Source: an uncultured Rivularia sp. (lineage in GTDB: Bacteria; Cyanobacteriota; Cyanobacteriia; Cyanobacteriales; Nostocaceae). Taken from it: a stretch of 64,000 bases of DNA. This document shows positions 32,974-42,835 of this stretch, piece by piece; within the stretch, counting starts at the first letter, position 1, and the number at the start of each line of letters is the position of its first letter. Both the position numbers and the translations under genes were made by a program. A model generated the notes under the pieces. That model ran no database searches and was not told where the DNA came from. It was given only the letters and a program-made list of their open reading frames with translations. The stretch lies in the NCBI GenBank assembly GCA_963665115.1, contig OY762007.1, positions 1,408,001 to 1,472,000 on the forward strand, written 5' to 3'.

Positions 32974-33270
32974 ATGACCGATCAATCGAATGCATTTGTG
33001 CAAATCAATGAAGACGATAGTGCATTTGTCACTACCGATAAAGGAACTGCATATGTTTCTGATGAAATGAATGTTGTTTTGGAAGAGGTGATGCTCGAAG
33101 TGGTAAATTCTGCTAAATCTATTCAATCTCTCGATCCAGAAATTAGTCAAGTTGAAGCTCATAGCATTTTAGTAAAAGTGATGTCCAATTTTTTTGCCAA
33201 ACTTGAAGATGATACGCAAGCTAAAACCGAAATATTAAATTTAATTCAAGAATTTAAGAATAATCGTTAA
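32974..33270 (+). CDS. Hypothetical acidic protein
   Basis: 98-aa ORF with AGGT RBS-like site and plausible helical composition; no family recognised. Confidence 0.6.
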   Translation: MTDQSNAFVQINEDDSAFVTTDKGTAYVSDEMNVVLEEVMLEVVNSAKSIQSLDPEISQVEAHSILVKVMSNFFAKLEDDTQAKTEILNLIQEFKNNR

Positions 33271-33344
33271 TCAACATAAATTTGTTTTATGGGGGATATT
33301 ATTCTTCCCTATTTAGACTCGCGACGATTAAACTAAATAATAAT

Positions 33345-34172
33345 ATGAGTATAAATTTAAAGGATGATCCAAGAAGCACGGAAGAAATAATTCAACTAGC
33401 TTCTAATGAAGAAAATGAGCATATTTACTGGGATTATGTTTCTATTTTAAATTTCCGTGGTAGTGATAAAGAATTTATAGCCGCGTCAATATTATGTGAA
33501 AGTCAAAGTGCAAAAGAAAGAAGTTTAGGAGTTCGTATATTATCACAATTAGGAATACCGGAAAGAACTTTTCTCGTTCAATCTGGAGATATTCTTTTAA
33601 AGTTATTATTGACTGAAGAAAATAACAGTGTTTTGGCTTCGATAGGATTTGCATTCGGACATTTACATGATTCCAGAGGTATTTTACCTTTAATAAAATT
33701 GAAAAATCATCACGATGCCGATGTGCGGATGGGTGTTGTTTCTGGTTTAAGCCAACAAGAGGATGAATTAGCAATTCAAGCATTAATTGATTTATCCAGC
33801 GATGAAGAAGAAGATATCAGAAATTGGGCAACTTTTGGTTTGGGTTCCCAGATAGAAGCCGATACATCAGCTATTCGAGATGCTTTGTTTGCTCGGGTAA
33901 TTTCAGAAACAGCAGATTCGGATACTATCGCTGAAATTCGTGGTGAAGCATTAGTAGGTTTAGCAATTAGAAAAGATCGACGGGTAATTGATCCGTTAAT
34001 TTCAGAGCTTGAAAACCGGCGTGTTGGTATATTAACCGTTGAAGCAGCCAAAGAAATCGGAGATGCAAGACTTTATCAAGCTTTAATTAATTTACAGGAA
34101 TGGTGGGATATGAATATTGAGTTACTGCAAGAGGCAATATCTAGTTGTAATCCTAAAATCGGTTTAAATTAA
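33345..34172 (+). CDS. HEAT-repeat (PBS-lyase-like) protein
   Basis: DADVRMGVVSGL, DIRNWATFGLG, EIRGEALVGLA repeats; likely start ATG 33345. Confidence 0.85.
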   Translation: MSINLKDDPRSTEEIIQLASNEENEHIYWDYVSILNFRGSDKEFIAASILCESQSAKERSLGVRILSQLGIPERTFLVQSGDILLKLLLTEENNSVLASIGFAFGHLHDSRGILPLIKLKNHHDADVRMGVVSGLSQQEDELAIQALIDLSSDEEEDIRNWATFGLGSQIEADTSAIRDALFARVISETADSDTIAEIRGEALVGLAIRKDRRVIDPLISELENRRVGILTVEAAKEIGDARLYQALINLQEWWDMNIELLQEAISSCNPKIGLN

Positions 34173-34312
34173 TTTTCCACGGCAACTTTGCTTCATTCTT
34201 GAAATCGAAACGGCATTTATCTGCTTATCAATTAAAACCTCTATATTCTAAGCTTATTGTAAAATCCGATAAATTAAAGCTGTAATCAACCAACAATCAT
34301 TTTTAAATTTTC

Positions 34313-34673
34313 ATGGAATTTCAAGACATCAGTTTAATTAGCGGATACCACGCTCACGTTTATTTTGATGAATCCACGTGCGAACAAGCAACGGTTTTAT
34401 GTGAGGAAGCAGGAAAGCAATTTTCAGTACAAGTAGGTAGAGTACATCGTAAGAATGTAGGCCCCTCATCCCTGTTGGAGTTGTCAGCTGGCTTTTGATA
34501 AAAATCAATATGCCGATTTAATGACTTGGCTGGCTTTGAATAGAAAAGGTTTAACAATTTTAATTCATCCACTCACCGGAGATGATTTAATCGATCATAC
34601 CGATTACGCTTCTTGGATGGGAGAGCAGCAGGTTTTGAATCTTGATTTTTTACGTGGTTTACAAAAGTCGTAG
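34313..34673 (+). CDS. DOPA 4,5-dioxygenase family protein, frameshift at C run ~34463-34466
   Basis: YHAHVYFD then, after removing one C, GPHPCWSCQLAF...WLALNRKGLTILIHPLTG...DHT...WMG. Confidence 0.88.
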
Positions 34674-34871
34674 AAATTAGGGAGAGGGGGAGATTGGGGG
34701 GATGGGGGGATGGGGAGATGGGGAGATGGTGAATCCACTCTCGTGCGCGGGTTCCCCGCGTTGAGAGAAGTGGTGAACCCGTTCACGCGGAGCGTGCGGC
34801 TCAGGGGGAGATGGGGGGGGGACAAGGAGACAAGGAGACAAGGGAAAATAACTCGCTACTCCAATGCCCAA

Positions 34872-35534
34872 TTACCAATTACTTATTACCGGATATTTCA
34901 ATGTAGATAACATCTGTTTCATTTGCTCTCTTCCAGATGCAAAGACTTTTGCAACAGATGGTTTCTCCGACAACCTTTTAAAATAAGCTGTCAAATTCTT
35001 TAAATGTTGGTAATCGTAAACAATTCGTAGATAAGAAAGAGTAGGGGCAGCGCTGCAATCGGAAGCAGTAAACGCATCCCCTACCAACCAATTACGACTT
35101 GCTAGTTTTTCATCAAGTAAATTACAAGCTGACTCTAATAATCCCTTGGCTTTGATAACTTCCTTACTACCTCTTTCGTTGGGCGATCGCTGACTATCCT
35201 TAAATAATGCTTCTCTTCCCCCATTAACGTAAACATCAATAATCCGTTCGAGCATTCGCATTTCTAAATTTGCGTTAATATCCTTGGGAATTAAGGGAAT
35301 TTGGTTTTGATAGCTGTCGAGATATTCAATTATGATGCTTGCTTCTAAAAGTATTTCCCCATCATCCGTTATTAGAGTCGGGATTTTACCAAAGCGATTT
35401 ATCTGTAAGTATTCATTTCTCGATTCTGCATCAAATAAGTTTATTTCAATAGGGGTAAATTCTAACTCTTTTTCGTTCATAGCGATTAATACCCGTTGGG
35501 AATAGGAAGAAGCTGGTGCGTAATAGAGTTTCAT
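34872..35534 (-). CDS. Glutathione S-transferase
   Basis: LYYAPASSYSQRV, FGKIPTL, EASIIIEYLD, WLVGDAFTASD. Confidence 0.92.
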   Translation of the reverse strand: MKLYYAPASSYSQRVLIAMNEKELEFTPIEINLFDAESRNEYLQINRFGKIPTLITDDGEILLEASIIIEYLDSYQNQIPLIPKDINANLEMRMLERIIDVYVNGGREALFKDSQRSPNERGSKEVIKAKGLLESACNLLDEKLASRNWLVGDAFTASDCSAAPTLSYLRIVYDYQHLKNLTAYFKRLSEKPSVAKVFASGREQMKQMLSTLKYPVISNW

Positions 35535-35548
35535 TATGATTATTTTCC

Positions 35549-35719
35549 TTAATTTTTAACTACTCTTGGATTAATTAACCGCAGAGGGCGCTGAGGGCGC
35601 TGAGGAAGAGGGGGAGAGAGAGAGGAAGATTTAATAATTAATTTTTAACTACTCTTGGATTAATTAACCGCAGAGGGCGCTGAGGGCGCGGAGGAAGAAG
35701 GGGAGAGAGAGGAGGAAGA
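35549..35719. repeat. ~80-bp direct tandem duplication between the synthase and GST genes
   Basis: ttaatttttaactactcttggattaattaaccgcagagggcgctgagggcgc.gaggaaga... at 35549 and 35638. Confidence 0.85.
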
Positions 35720-35735
35720 AATAATTTTTAACTGG

Positions 35736-38700
35736 TTACTGGTTACTGTTCACTGAAAAAAAGTTATCGTAAAAATCAAACATTTGTGAAACGGCTTCGG
35801 GGATAACTTCGCAGTTATGAGAACGTTTTGCTAAAATTCCGAATTGATTTGATATTGTTGAAGCTGCAATTTCTGGATTAGGAATATATTCGGGTGTGGG
35901 AATATCAAAGGATGGCCCTGCTGTTTTTCCGCGTTTACCCGAAGGTAGGGTCATTAATAGTTCTCCCAAGGGACGCATCATTCCTGTCATAATATCTATG
36001 CTGGCGTTCATTAGTTTGGAGCGTCTTAAGCTTCCTTGGGGATTTGAACCGAAGTGTTGAACCATTAATTGCATCATCAGGAAGTAACTTTGGTTGAATA
36101 TTTCCATCACTGTTCTGGTTTGGGGAACGGTAACAACGTTGGAATTATGGTCTTGATGATTCAAGCTGGGATTACGAACAGATGGGTATGAAGGATTCCA
36201 AGTTCTTTTTTCTCCTTTTTTAGATTGATTAATTTGTTCTAAAGAAAGAGCGTCTGCTAAATTGCGGAATTTTTGATAATGGGATTTTGCAAATGTTTCT
36301 GTTTCAATTTCGCTTCCTTCTCCATGTTCTACAATTACGTCTACTGCAAATAAGGCGCTTTTAACGTCATACACCTGCATTTGATAATCTGGATGTTGTT
36401 TATTCAAGTTGTCTCGCATGAATAAACGGTGTTCTCCACCAACTTTGTTTTTATCAACTGTAAATAAGTCGGGAATATTTTGTAATCCATCGCGGATTTG
36501 ACCGTACAATTCGCTTAAGGAACCATATGTATGTAACTGTTCCGATATCGGAATAGTTTCGTTTACAAGGTCTTCGTTAAGAAAATCGGGCATTTCCAAC
36601 CGCATAAAATACTGTAGTGATAAAGCATTTAATGGTTCTAAAGCAAAGTCAATATCTATGGGGAATTTGGCGTTGAGTTGTTTGAAATCGGGAACTGCTG
36701 GATAAAATGGTTCGGCGATCGCCATCAATATATTGTTAACTAAAAGAAAATGAATCATTTCTTCGCGGGCAATTTCCATTAATACTCCCCGCATTCCATA
36801 ATTATCAACTTCTTTGTTATCACCACAAGCTAAATGTAATTGTTCTTGCGTCCATAATCCCCGACGAACGTATTCTTCCCCAGTGACGTAGTTGGGAACC
36901 GAATATCCGGCGTAGATATATTGCAGCATCACGGCAACTTCTAATTCTGCTGCTTGTTTTAATGCTGTGATTAATTCTTCTTTGGTTTTAATTTGATATT
37001 TAGTTTGCTCTGGTTGTTTCTGTTCCGATGGCGGAATATAACCAATTTGCTGTTGATTTTGCAGAAATTTGAGTAAAAGTTGTGATTTAGCTTCGGACAT
37101 ATCTCTTGTGGGGGGCATATAGTAAGTTTTGCTTTTATTTTTGGGGTCGGACATCTGCCACATTAAGCGAGCGTAGGTAGCAACTTTGCATTTATCTGCC
37201 AAGCTAAAAACTTCGGCTTTCATAAACGAGAAGCTGGCTTCGTAGAAAGATAATATATGTTCGTAAATTAAATTAAAATCAACATCTTGTTGCGGAATTT
37301 TATCTAAGTGCCAATCATCACCCATGACTCTTACAGCTAAGAAGCCGGAACTGTTCCAAAATCCCAGTTTATTATCGTTGTCGTAAGCAATTTCCGCTTC
37401 ATCTAAGTTATCGTAGCCACAAGCAATCTCGTTTAAGGAATTAGAAATTAATATTTTGCAAGTTCCGGCTTTGGCTCCTTTTAAAGTAAACCAACCTCTT
37501 CCTTGTTTATTGGTGGAAATTTCGCAACTTGAATTAAATTCTCCTTTATCTAAAAGTTTTCCAGGTTTTAAGCCAACGATTTGAATTTCTGAGCTATGAG
37601 GATAATGAAAAGTTTTATCTGTATTATTACTATCCCTTTCAAATTGATATCGTAATTGAGGAAAAGCTCTAGGATTATAAAATTGATTTACATATATTGA
37701 CTGTACCGATGTCGGAACACCTCTAACAAAAGAGCGCACTTCTAATTCAACAGCGTTATCTTCTCCTTTATCAAGGTTGGGAAATTCGACAAATAAACAA
37801 GCGTCATCAACTTGAAGATTAATTTCCTTCTCTTTTACTAAAACTCTTCTTTCACCATCAACGGTTCCGATAATACACAAACCTTGATTTTCAACGTCAG
37901 AACGTAAATCTTGCCAATTTTTAGAGGGGTAAAAAGGAATATCTACCAAACCGCTAGTTAACTGATGAGCTTGCTTGTTGTATGCTTCTGAAGGGATTTT
38001 TCCGATTAATCTATGACTGTTAACGGTACGAATTTCTAAATCACCTAAATTCAACTTTGAAAAAATCTTGTGAAATCCAGCTTTAGATTCAGGCGATCGC
38101 CCTACATTAGGAATCGCTGTAATCATATTTAAGCTTATCCCCTGAGAATTTAACTTCAACGTCAGATTCCCGATTGCTTTATATTCCGATTCGGGAATTA
38201 ATAACCTTCCACTGGGATAAGTTTTCAATTCCGAAAGACACCATAAACCAATAGTTCCATGTAATTCCCAGAAACTTGGTGCATCAGGTTGAACTGGTGC
38301 AGACATATTGCTGATACTAAACTGCACCACCAAACCCAAAACGTCTTCTCGCTGCATCGCTTCCTTTAACAAAGCAACCGTGGGAGAAATATTTACCTCA
38401 TCATTCCAGAGAAAATCTTCAGCATCCTTGGAAATAGCAAACTGATAAACAGCAGCTTTGCCAAACTCATCATTTAAAATATGGTCTGGTAAATCGCGAA
38501 TATAATCAAAATCTTGCCAGCGAGCTAACTGATAACCTTGTATCGGGGCAGTTACCATATAAGGAACTTGATTGGAATCACCCAACCTACCAAAAGCTAA
38601 CTGACCTAACATAATCGTATTAGTCCAATTAGAAGCCGGGGTCGCATTCAAATATCCTGGCACGATTGACGCTGGTTTTTACATACTCGTTATAATGACC

Positions 38701-39054
38701 CCAAAAATCAACGCTTCTGCCAATAACCGGGTCATTTAAATTAACTTTGCCAAACTCTGTTTGAGTACTAGTAATTTTGGCATCAATTGAAAAATGACCG
38801 TTACCACCGAAATTCCAACCCATTGCTTTACTAAAAGGGCCATTTTCATCTAATTTCCCTTCAGCATTAAATTTTGGGCCTTGATTATAAAGATATTCGT
38901 GATATTCCGAAGCCGAATGATTTTCTTTATAAGGAAGACCATTCATATAACAGGTATTGTCGCTGATGTCGATTAAACCGTTTTTATATCCCGTAGGGGC
39001 ATGAATGCGGGCTAAACCTTGGAAATGTAAGCGAGGGAAATCTAAAACGCTCAT
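35736..39054 (-). CDS. staD: Chromopyrrolic acid synthase family (StaD/RebD/VioB) heme protein, ~1105 aa, frameshift at ~38638-38641
   Basis: N-terminus MSVLDFPRLHF...APTG..NGLID, GPFSKAMGWNFGGNGHF, YYMPPTRD, ferritin-like AAELEVAVMLQYIYA/EEMIH, GKTAGPSF. The two ORFs join as FECDPASNWT after removing one C. Confidence 0.9.
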
Positions 39055-39104
39055 GTTAATTGATTATCTATATATATAGCAATTTCAACTTGTCCTATAT
39101 TTAT

Positions 39105-39134
39105 ATAGAGGTGAGCGGAGGGGGATTATGCAAT
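39105..39134 (-). promoter_or_regulatory. Shared upstream motif TTGCATAA-N17-CTAT
   Basis: ATTGCATAATCCCCCTCCGCTCACCTCTAT, ~51 bp upstream of the staD-like gene. Confidence 0.6.
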
Positions 39135-39255
39135 TCTTTATGTCAAAGGTGAAGTTTGAATGATTTGTATTTTTTACTTCTAAAATCCCCTCAAGGGGAC
39201 TAAAAAATATAATATATAAAATATCAAGTATCAAATCAGTAAATCAAATGTTGCT

Positions 39256-40371
39256 ATGCTCCGACGTACTCGCAAGAAGTCAAGTGCTTCTTCATCTAAC
39301 TTAAAATGGTCGTCAAAAACTGAGTTAGTTGGCTTAGAATTTGAGTTATCGCCAGAAAAAGATGGTTATCTTTTCCCACAGTACACTATTGGACTCCATG
39401 CTTGGTTTTTGGATCAAGTACGGCAAGTGGACGCAGAATTTTCTACTTATCTCCATAATGGAGAGTCAGAAAAACCTTTTACCGTCTCTGCTTTCAATGG
39501 AGAAATGATTAGTAGCGGTAGACAAATTCAAGTATTTGCGAATAATAAATATCGCTGGTATCTCACTGCTTTATCTCAACCACTACAGCAATGGATGGCA
39601 GAATGGGTAAAAAAAATGCCTTCTACGATTGATTTACGGACTGTAAGTTTTAAAATTAATGCTTGTAATATTGTTCATGCTCCCACAACTTATGCTCAGT
39701 TGTTAAAGTCGGAAGATAATAAAAATATCACTTTAAAATTTATCAGCCCTACTAGTTTTCGTCGCAAAGGACATCATTTTCCCCTACCATTACCTACGAA
39801 TATTTTTCATAGCTATCTGCGACGCTGGAATAATTTTTCTGGGATTACTTTTGAGCAAGATGATTTTTTGGCTTGGGTGGATGAATGTGTATTGGTAAAT
39901 CGCTGTCAAATCTCAACCGATAAAGTATTGGCAGGTAAAAAAGGAGCGGTGACGGGATTCACTGGTGCAATTGAATTGAGTTTAACTAGAGAAGCAGCCA
40001 AACAACCACAATATCAACAATTATTCTACGCTCTAGGAAAACTCGCACCCTATTGCGGAACCGGACATAAAACCACCTTTGGATTGGGGCAAACCCGGTT
40101 AGGATGGACATCAAAAGTTGTACAAGATATACCCGAAGTAGAAAACCTACTAGCTAAACGCATCGAAGATTTAACAGAAACTTTCAAAGCACAACGCAAG
40201 CGCACCGGGGGAAACAGAGCTAGCGAAATTGCTTCAAAATGGGCGACAATTTTAGCAAGACGAGAAATGGGAGATTCTTTACAAGCAATTGCCCAAGATT
40301 TAGAGATGCCTTACGAAACCGTGAAAACTTATGCTAAGTTAGCGCGACGGGAGTTGAAAAAGCTGGAGTAG
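39256..40371 (+). CDS. cas6: CRISPR endoribonuclease Cas6 with C-terminal HTH-like extension
   Basis: LHAWFL, KPFTVS, FISPTSFR, G-loop YCGTGHKTTFGLG, then ~90 extra aa ending SLQAIAQDLEMPYETVKTY. Confidence 0.93.
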   Translation: MLRRTRKKSSASSSNLKWSSKTELVGLEFELSPEKDGYLFPQYTIGLHAWFLDQVRQVDAEFSTYLHNGESEKPFTVSAFNGEMISSGRQIQVFANNKYRWYLTALSQPLQQWMAEWVKKMPSTIDLRTVSFKINACNIVHAPTTYAQLLKSEDNKNITLKFISPTSFRRKGHHFPLPLPTNIFHSYLRRWNNFSGITFEQDDFLAWVDECVLVNRCQISTDKVLAGKKGAVTGFTGAIELSLTREAAKQPQYQQLFYALGKLAPYCGTGHKTTFGLGQTRLGWTSKVVQDIPEVENLLAKRIEDLTETFKAQRKRTGGNRASEIASKWATILARREMGDSLQAIAQDLEMPYETVKTYAKLARRELKKLE

Positions 40372-40399
40372 TTTTGTATACTTTGTTTTATTGAAATCC

Positions 40400-40668
40400 G
40401 AACCTTGAAAAATGAATATTAAGTTTCCTGGTGAAAGCGAATGTGTTTATGTTTGCTGTTCACACGCAAGTTTTTAGCGGAGGTATGGCGATGTTTGAAA
40501 CGCTTATTCTTCCGTTACCCCCCGCTAATTGCCTGCTATATGGTGCTTTGAAGATGGTGCTTGGGTTAGTTTTTATCGATAATTTTGGTTTGTTGGTAGT
40601 TAAGTTACACCCCCCCGCTAAAATGGCACCTTGGAATCCAGTTATAGTAAGGGTTCTGGAATGGTAGG
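40400..40668 (+). promoter_or_regulatory. CRISPR leader 1
   Basis: Adjacent to the first repeat; colinear and highly similar to the reverse complement of 52144-52411. Confidence 0.85.
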
Positions 40669-41210
40669 GTTTTAATTCCTTTACCCCTCACGGGGATGGA
40701 AACACCTGTTAAGGTCTGACTATTTGTATTATACGCAATATGTTTTAATTCTTTAACCCCTCACGGGGATGGAAACTTTTTTGCAAAGATATCTCTTAAG
40801 ATTATCTCCAATATTAGTTTTAATTCCTTTACCCCTCACGGGGATGGAAACGTACCCGAACGTCAACATTGAAGTCAGAGTAGTAAAAAGTTTTAATTCC
40901 TTTACCCCTCACGGGGATGGAAACGTGCTAAGATTAGGATCACGAACGTAGGTTTTTTTGTTTTAATTCCTTTACCCCTCACGGGGATGGAAACAAGAAA
41001 ACCCTCTCTGAACTTCCCTCTGGAAATTTCTGAGTTTTAATTCCTTTACCCCTCACGGGGATGGAAACCTTCCGTGATATCATTTAGCTTCTGAGTCAGT
41101 CTGGTTTTAATTCCTTTACCCCTCACGGGGATGGAAACGCTAGCTCACCAAACAAAACTGACATTTCAGCTTTATGTTTTAATTTCTTAACCCCTCACGG
41201 GGATTGAAAG
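40669..41210 (+). CRISPR. CRISPR array 1: 8 repeats (GTTTTAATTCCTTTACCCCTCACGGGGATGGAAAC, 35 nt), 7 spacers of 35-40 nt
   Basis: Repeats start at 40669, 40742, 40817, 40890, 40960, 41034, 41104 and 41176 (last degenerate). Confidence 0.98.
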
Positions 41211-41318
41211 AAATAAAAAATATTAACTTTAAAATAGGATAAAAAGAAAATGAATATTAAAGAGTCTATCAGCCGTATTAATATAAAGTGATTAGTACGA
41301 TGGATTATAAAATATCTT

Positions 41319-42128
41319 ATGGATTTACTAACTTCAATTGATATATCTCACGTTTGGGATATAGTTATCGCTCAAACTCCAACCCCAACTCCAACACCTT
41401 CACCAACATTAAATCCTGCGAAAGCTGCGAATGAAATTGAATTACTCAAAAGTCAATTAGAGTTTTTAAAAGCAACTAACGGACAATTAGGTCAAAGCTT
41501 CACTCGATTTGTTAGTGCGATGCAGTTTACTTTAGTTGCATTTGGTTTTTTGGGTGCATTTTTAACTTATATTTTTGGTAAAAATTTAGAAGACGCAAAG
41601 AAAGTTGCTAGCCAGACAATTCAACAAGAAATTGATAGCCATATTGCTGGTTTAGTACAAAAAGAAGTTAGAAATGTAAAACGAACGTTATCACGCGAAC
41701 GAGTTATTAGTTCAACTGTAGTAGATTATTATCTACCATCACCAGAAGGAGAAACAAATGAATATAAGTTACTGCAAGCAAGAGAATTCCAAGATGTAAT
41801 GTTTTGGAATAACATCAATCTTCCCCAGAGATTTACTGGTGATGTATGTGTTTTAGATTTAGAAAATTCAATTGACTCTAATAATCAAAAGTTTTCTCAA
41901 TTACCACAAGATAAACGAGAAGAAACTGCTAAACAAATTTTTGATGGATTTATTAAAATGTTGCCGTCAACCAAGACGATAGTGATTTATGTTGCTCCAC
42001 CAGCACTGAGAGCAATTAATAGTGAAAGATTTAAGGGTATATATTATGCACCTGCAAATACACCAATTACTTTAGTGGGTATGGTGGCTGATGCTGCTTA
42101 TGTAGCAAACGGACAAATTGCTCCGTAA
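41319..42128 (+). CDS. CRISPR-linked membrane protein: PT linker, coiled coil, TM helix, C-terminal Rossmann/REC-like domain; candidate type III effector
   Basis: TM MQFTLVAFGFLGAFLTYIFG; alternating beta/alpha C-terminus (VVDYY, VCVLDL, IVIYV, YYAPANTPITL); lies inside the cas locus. Confidence 0.6.
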   Translation: MDLLTSIDISHVWDIVIAQTPTPTPTPSPTLNPAKAANEIELLKSQLEFLKATNGQLGQSFTRFVSAMQFTLVAFGFLGAFLTYIFGKNLEDAKKVASQTIQQEIDSHIAGLVQKEVRNVKRTLSRERVISSTVVDYYLPSPEGETNEYKLLQAREFQDVMFWNNINLPQRFTGDVCVLDLENSIDSNNQKFSQLPQDKREETAKQIFDGFIKMLPSTKTIVIYVAPPALRAINSERFKGIYYAPANTPITLVGMVADAAYVANGQIAP

Positions 42129-42163
42129 AATTTGCCTTTAACTTTTGACTTTTTTCCCGGCTA

Positions 42164-42820
42164 TTACTTATGTCTTATATATTTTACTTTTTTCGGAACT
42201 CCATTTTCAGTTTCAGTTATTTTGACGATTACTTGTTGTCCGAGTTCAAGTAATTGAGATTTTTTCGGTTCTTTAACAGTTTTTGTAAAAGTATTAAACA
42301 TTTTATAGGTAACTTTATTCCCACTTTTATTAGTAATCTCGGCTTCTATTTCATCATCAAGTTTTAAATCTTGAGATTTAGCGGCTGTTTGAATTTCTAG
42401 TTTACGATTTAATGCTGATAATTCTTCAAAATCTTCTAAAGGAGTAACTTTAAAGTAGTTAAATAAACGAAATGTCCAACCCAATATTTCTAATATTTGA
42501 TCGGGATTTGATTGGAATTCGATGAGATGCTGATTGCAAGCTTTATGGATACTACGATAGTAACTGGGTGTTTTTTCGCTATGTTTAATGCTTTGGCTGT
42601 TATCAACTAATGCTTTTAAATATTTAAAAAAACTTGTACCAGCTTCAGATTTATTCCGATTTATCGCAGCACGTAAATAAGCTACAATTTTTCCTAATTC
42701 AGAGCGAATTCCATCTTTATTCGCTTCAATATTTTGCTGTTCTTGAACTAGTATTTTCGCAATTTCGTGAGCAGTATTCCACATTTTATCTTCTGAGCAA
42801 GATCCTTTGACTTCCACCAT
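42164..42820 (-). CDS. Type III-D operon terminal protein: helical N-domain plus S1/OB-like C-terminus
   Basis: Co-oriented 15 bp after the last RAMP gene; C-terminal IEAEITNKSGNKVTYK...LELGQQVIVKITE pattern. Confidence 0.6.
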   Translation of the reverse strand: MVEVKGSCSEDKMWNTAHEIAKILVQEQQNIEANKDGIRSELGKIVAYLRAAINRNKSEAGTSFFKYLKALVDNSQSIKHSEKTPSYYRSIHKACNQHLIEFQSNPDQILEILGWTFRLFNYFKVTPLEDFEELSALNRKLEIQTAAKSQDLKLDDEIEAEITNKSGNKVTYKMFNTFTKTVKEPKKSQLLELGQQVIVKITETENGVPKKVKYIRHK

Positions 42821-42835
42821 TTATTTTCCTCTAAT

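Noticed and set aside
34604..34910. Pro/Gly-rich short ORFs
   Set aside because: Derived from GGGGAGA-type tandem repeats and a small palindromic insert.
35736..39054. Violacein pathway
   Set aside because: No VioA, VioC, VioD or VioE visible; the N-terminus and the StaP-like partner fit the RebD/StaD branch better.
40431..40951. ORFs 40431..40667 and 40769..40951
   Set aside because: They overlap the CRISPR leader and repeats; spurious translations.
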